From contig NW_025767099.1 in NCBI RefSeq assembly GCF_003918875.1, positions 868,001-932,000 of the forward strand: a stretch of 64,000 bases of DNA, in the 5' to 3' direction. The notes beneath the pieces were generated by a model. The model had not been told where the DNA came from. It was given only the letters and a program-made list of their open reading frames with translations, and made no database searches. This DNA is from Haliotis rubra (lineage: Eukaryota). This document shows positions 63,875 through 64,000 of this stretch, in pieces; within the stretch, counting starts at the first letter, position 1, and every line of letters begins with the position of its first letter. A program made the translations under genes and the position numbers.

Positions 63875-64000
63875 GCCTTCATCGGTATATGTTAGTTTTG
63901 TTGCCCTCATCGGTATATGTTAGTTTTGTTGCCCTCGTCGGTATATGGTAGCTTTGGTGCCCTCATCGGTATATGTTAGTTTTGTTGCCCTCGTCGGTAT
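63875..64000. repeat. 28-bp tandem repeat (runs off the window)
   Basis: Unit gccctcatcggtatatgttagttttgtt. Confidence 0.9.

Overview
Eukaryotic, intron-rich draft-assembly DNA with three N gaps. The repeat and gene content looks molluscan (probably a gastropod such as abalone; this is inference). Genes recovered by manual splicing: a head-to-head pair of secreted ependymin-related (EPDR) genes (- strand 5576 to at least 2113; + strand 7659-17368, about 221 aa); a secreted type-B carboxylesterase/cholinesterase-like gene (- strand, 20737 to about 18466); a 22-exon M1 aminopeptidase N-like gene (- strand, 54070-26347) with two lesions in this assembly; and the last exon of a second APN paralog (63141-62998). 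The rest is mobile DNA and repeats: two decayed DD34E Tc1 elements, a decayed Crypton-type tyrosine-recombinase element, a Penelope-like RT remnant, four SINE-like families, MITEs and many minisatellites. Most ORF-track ORFs are repeat or SINE artefacts. The most interesting signals are (1) a tRNA-less SINE-like family whose 5' ~65 nt forms a compact structure with compensatory base changes between copies, a candidate ribozyme or structured RNA; (2) a palindromic MITE family that appears to seed 53-bp satellite arrays; (3) a triplicated APN C-terminus that keeps frame and could be spliced in as an alternative end; and (4) repeated tandem amplification of exon boundaries.
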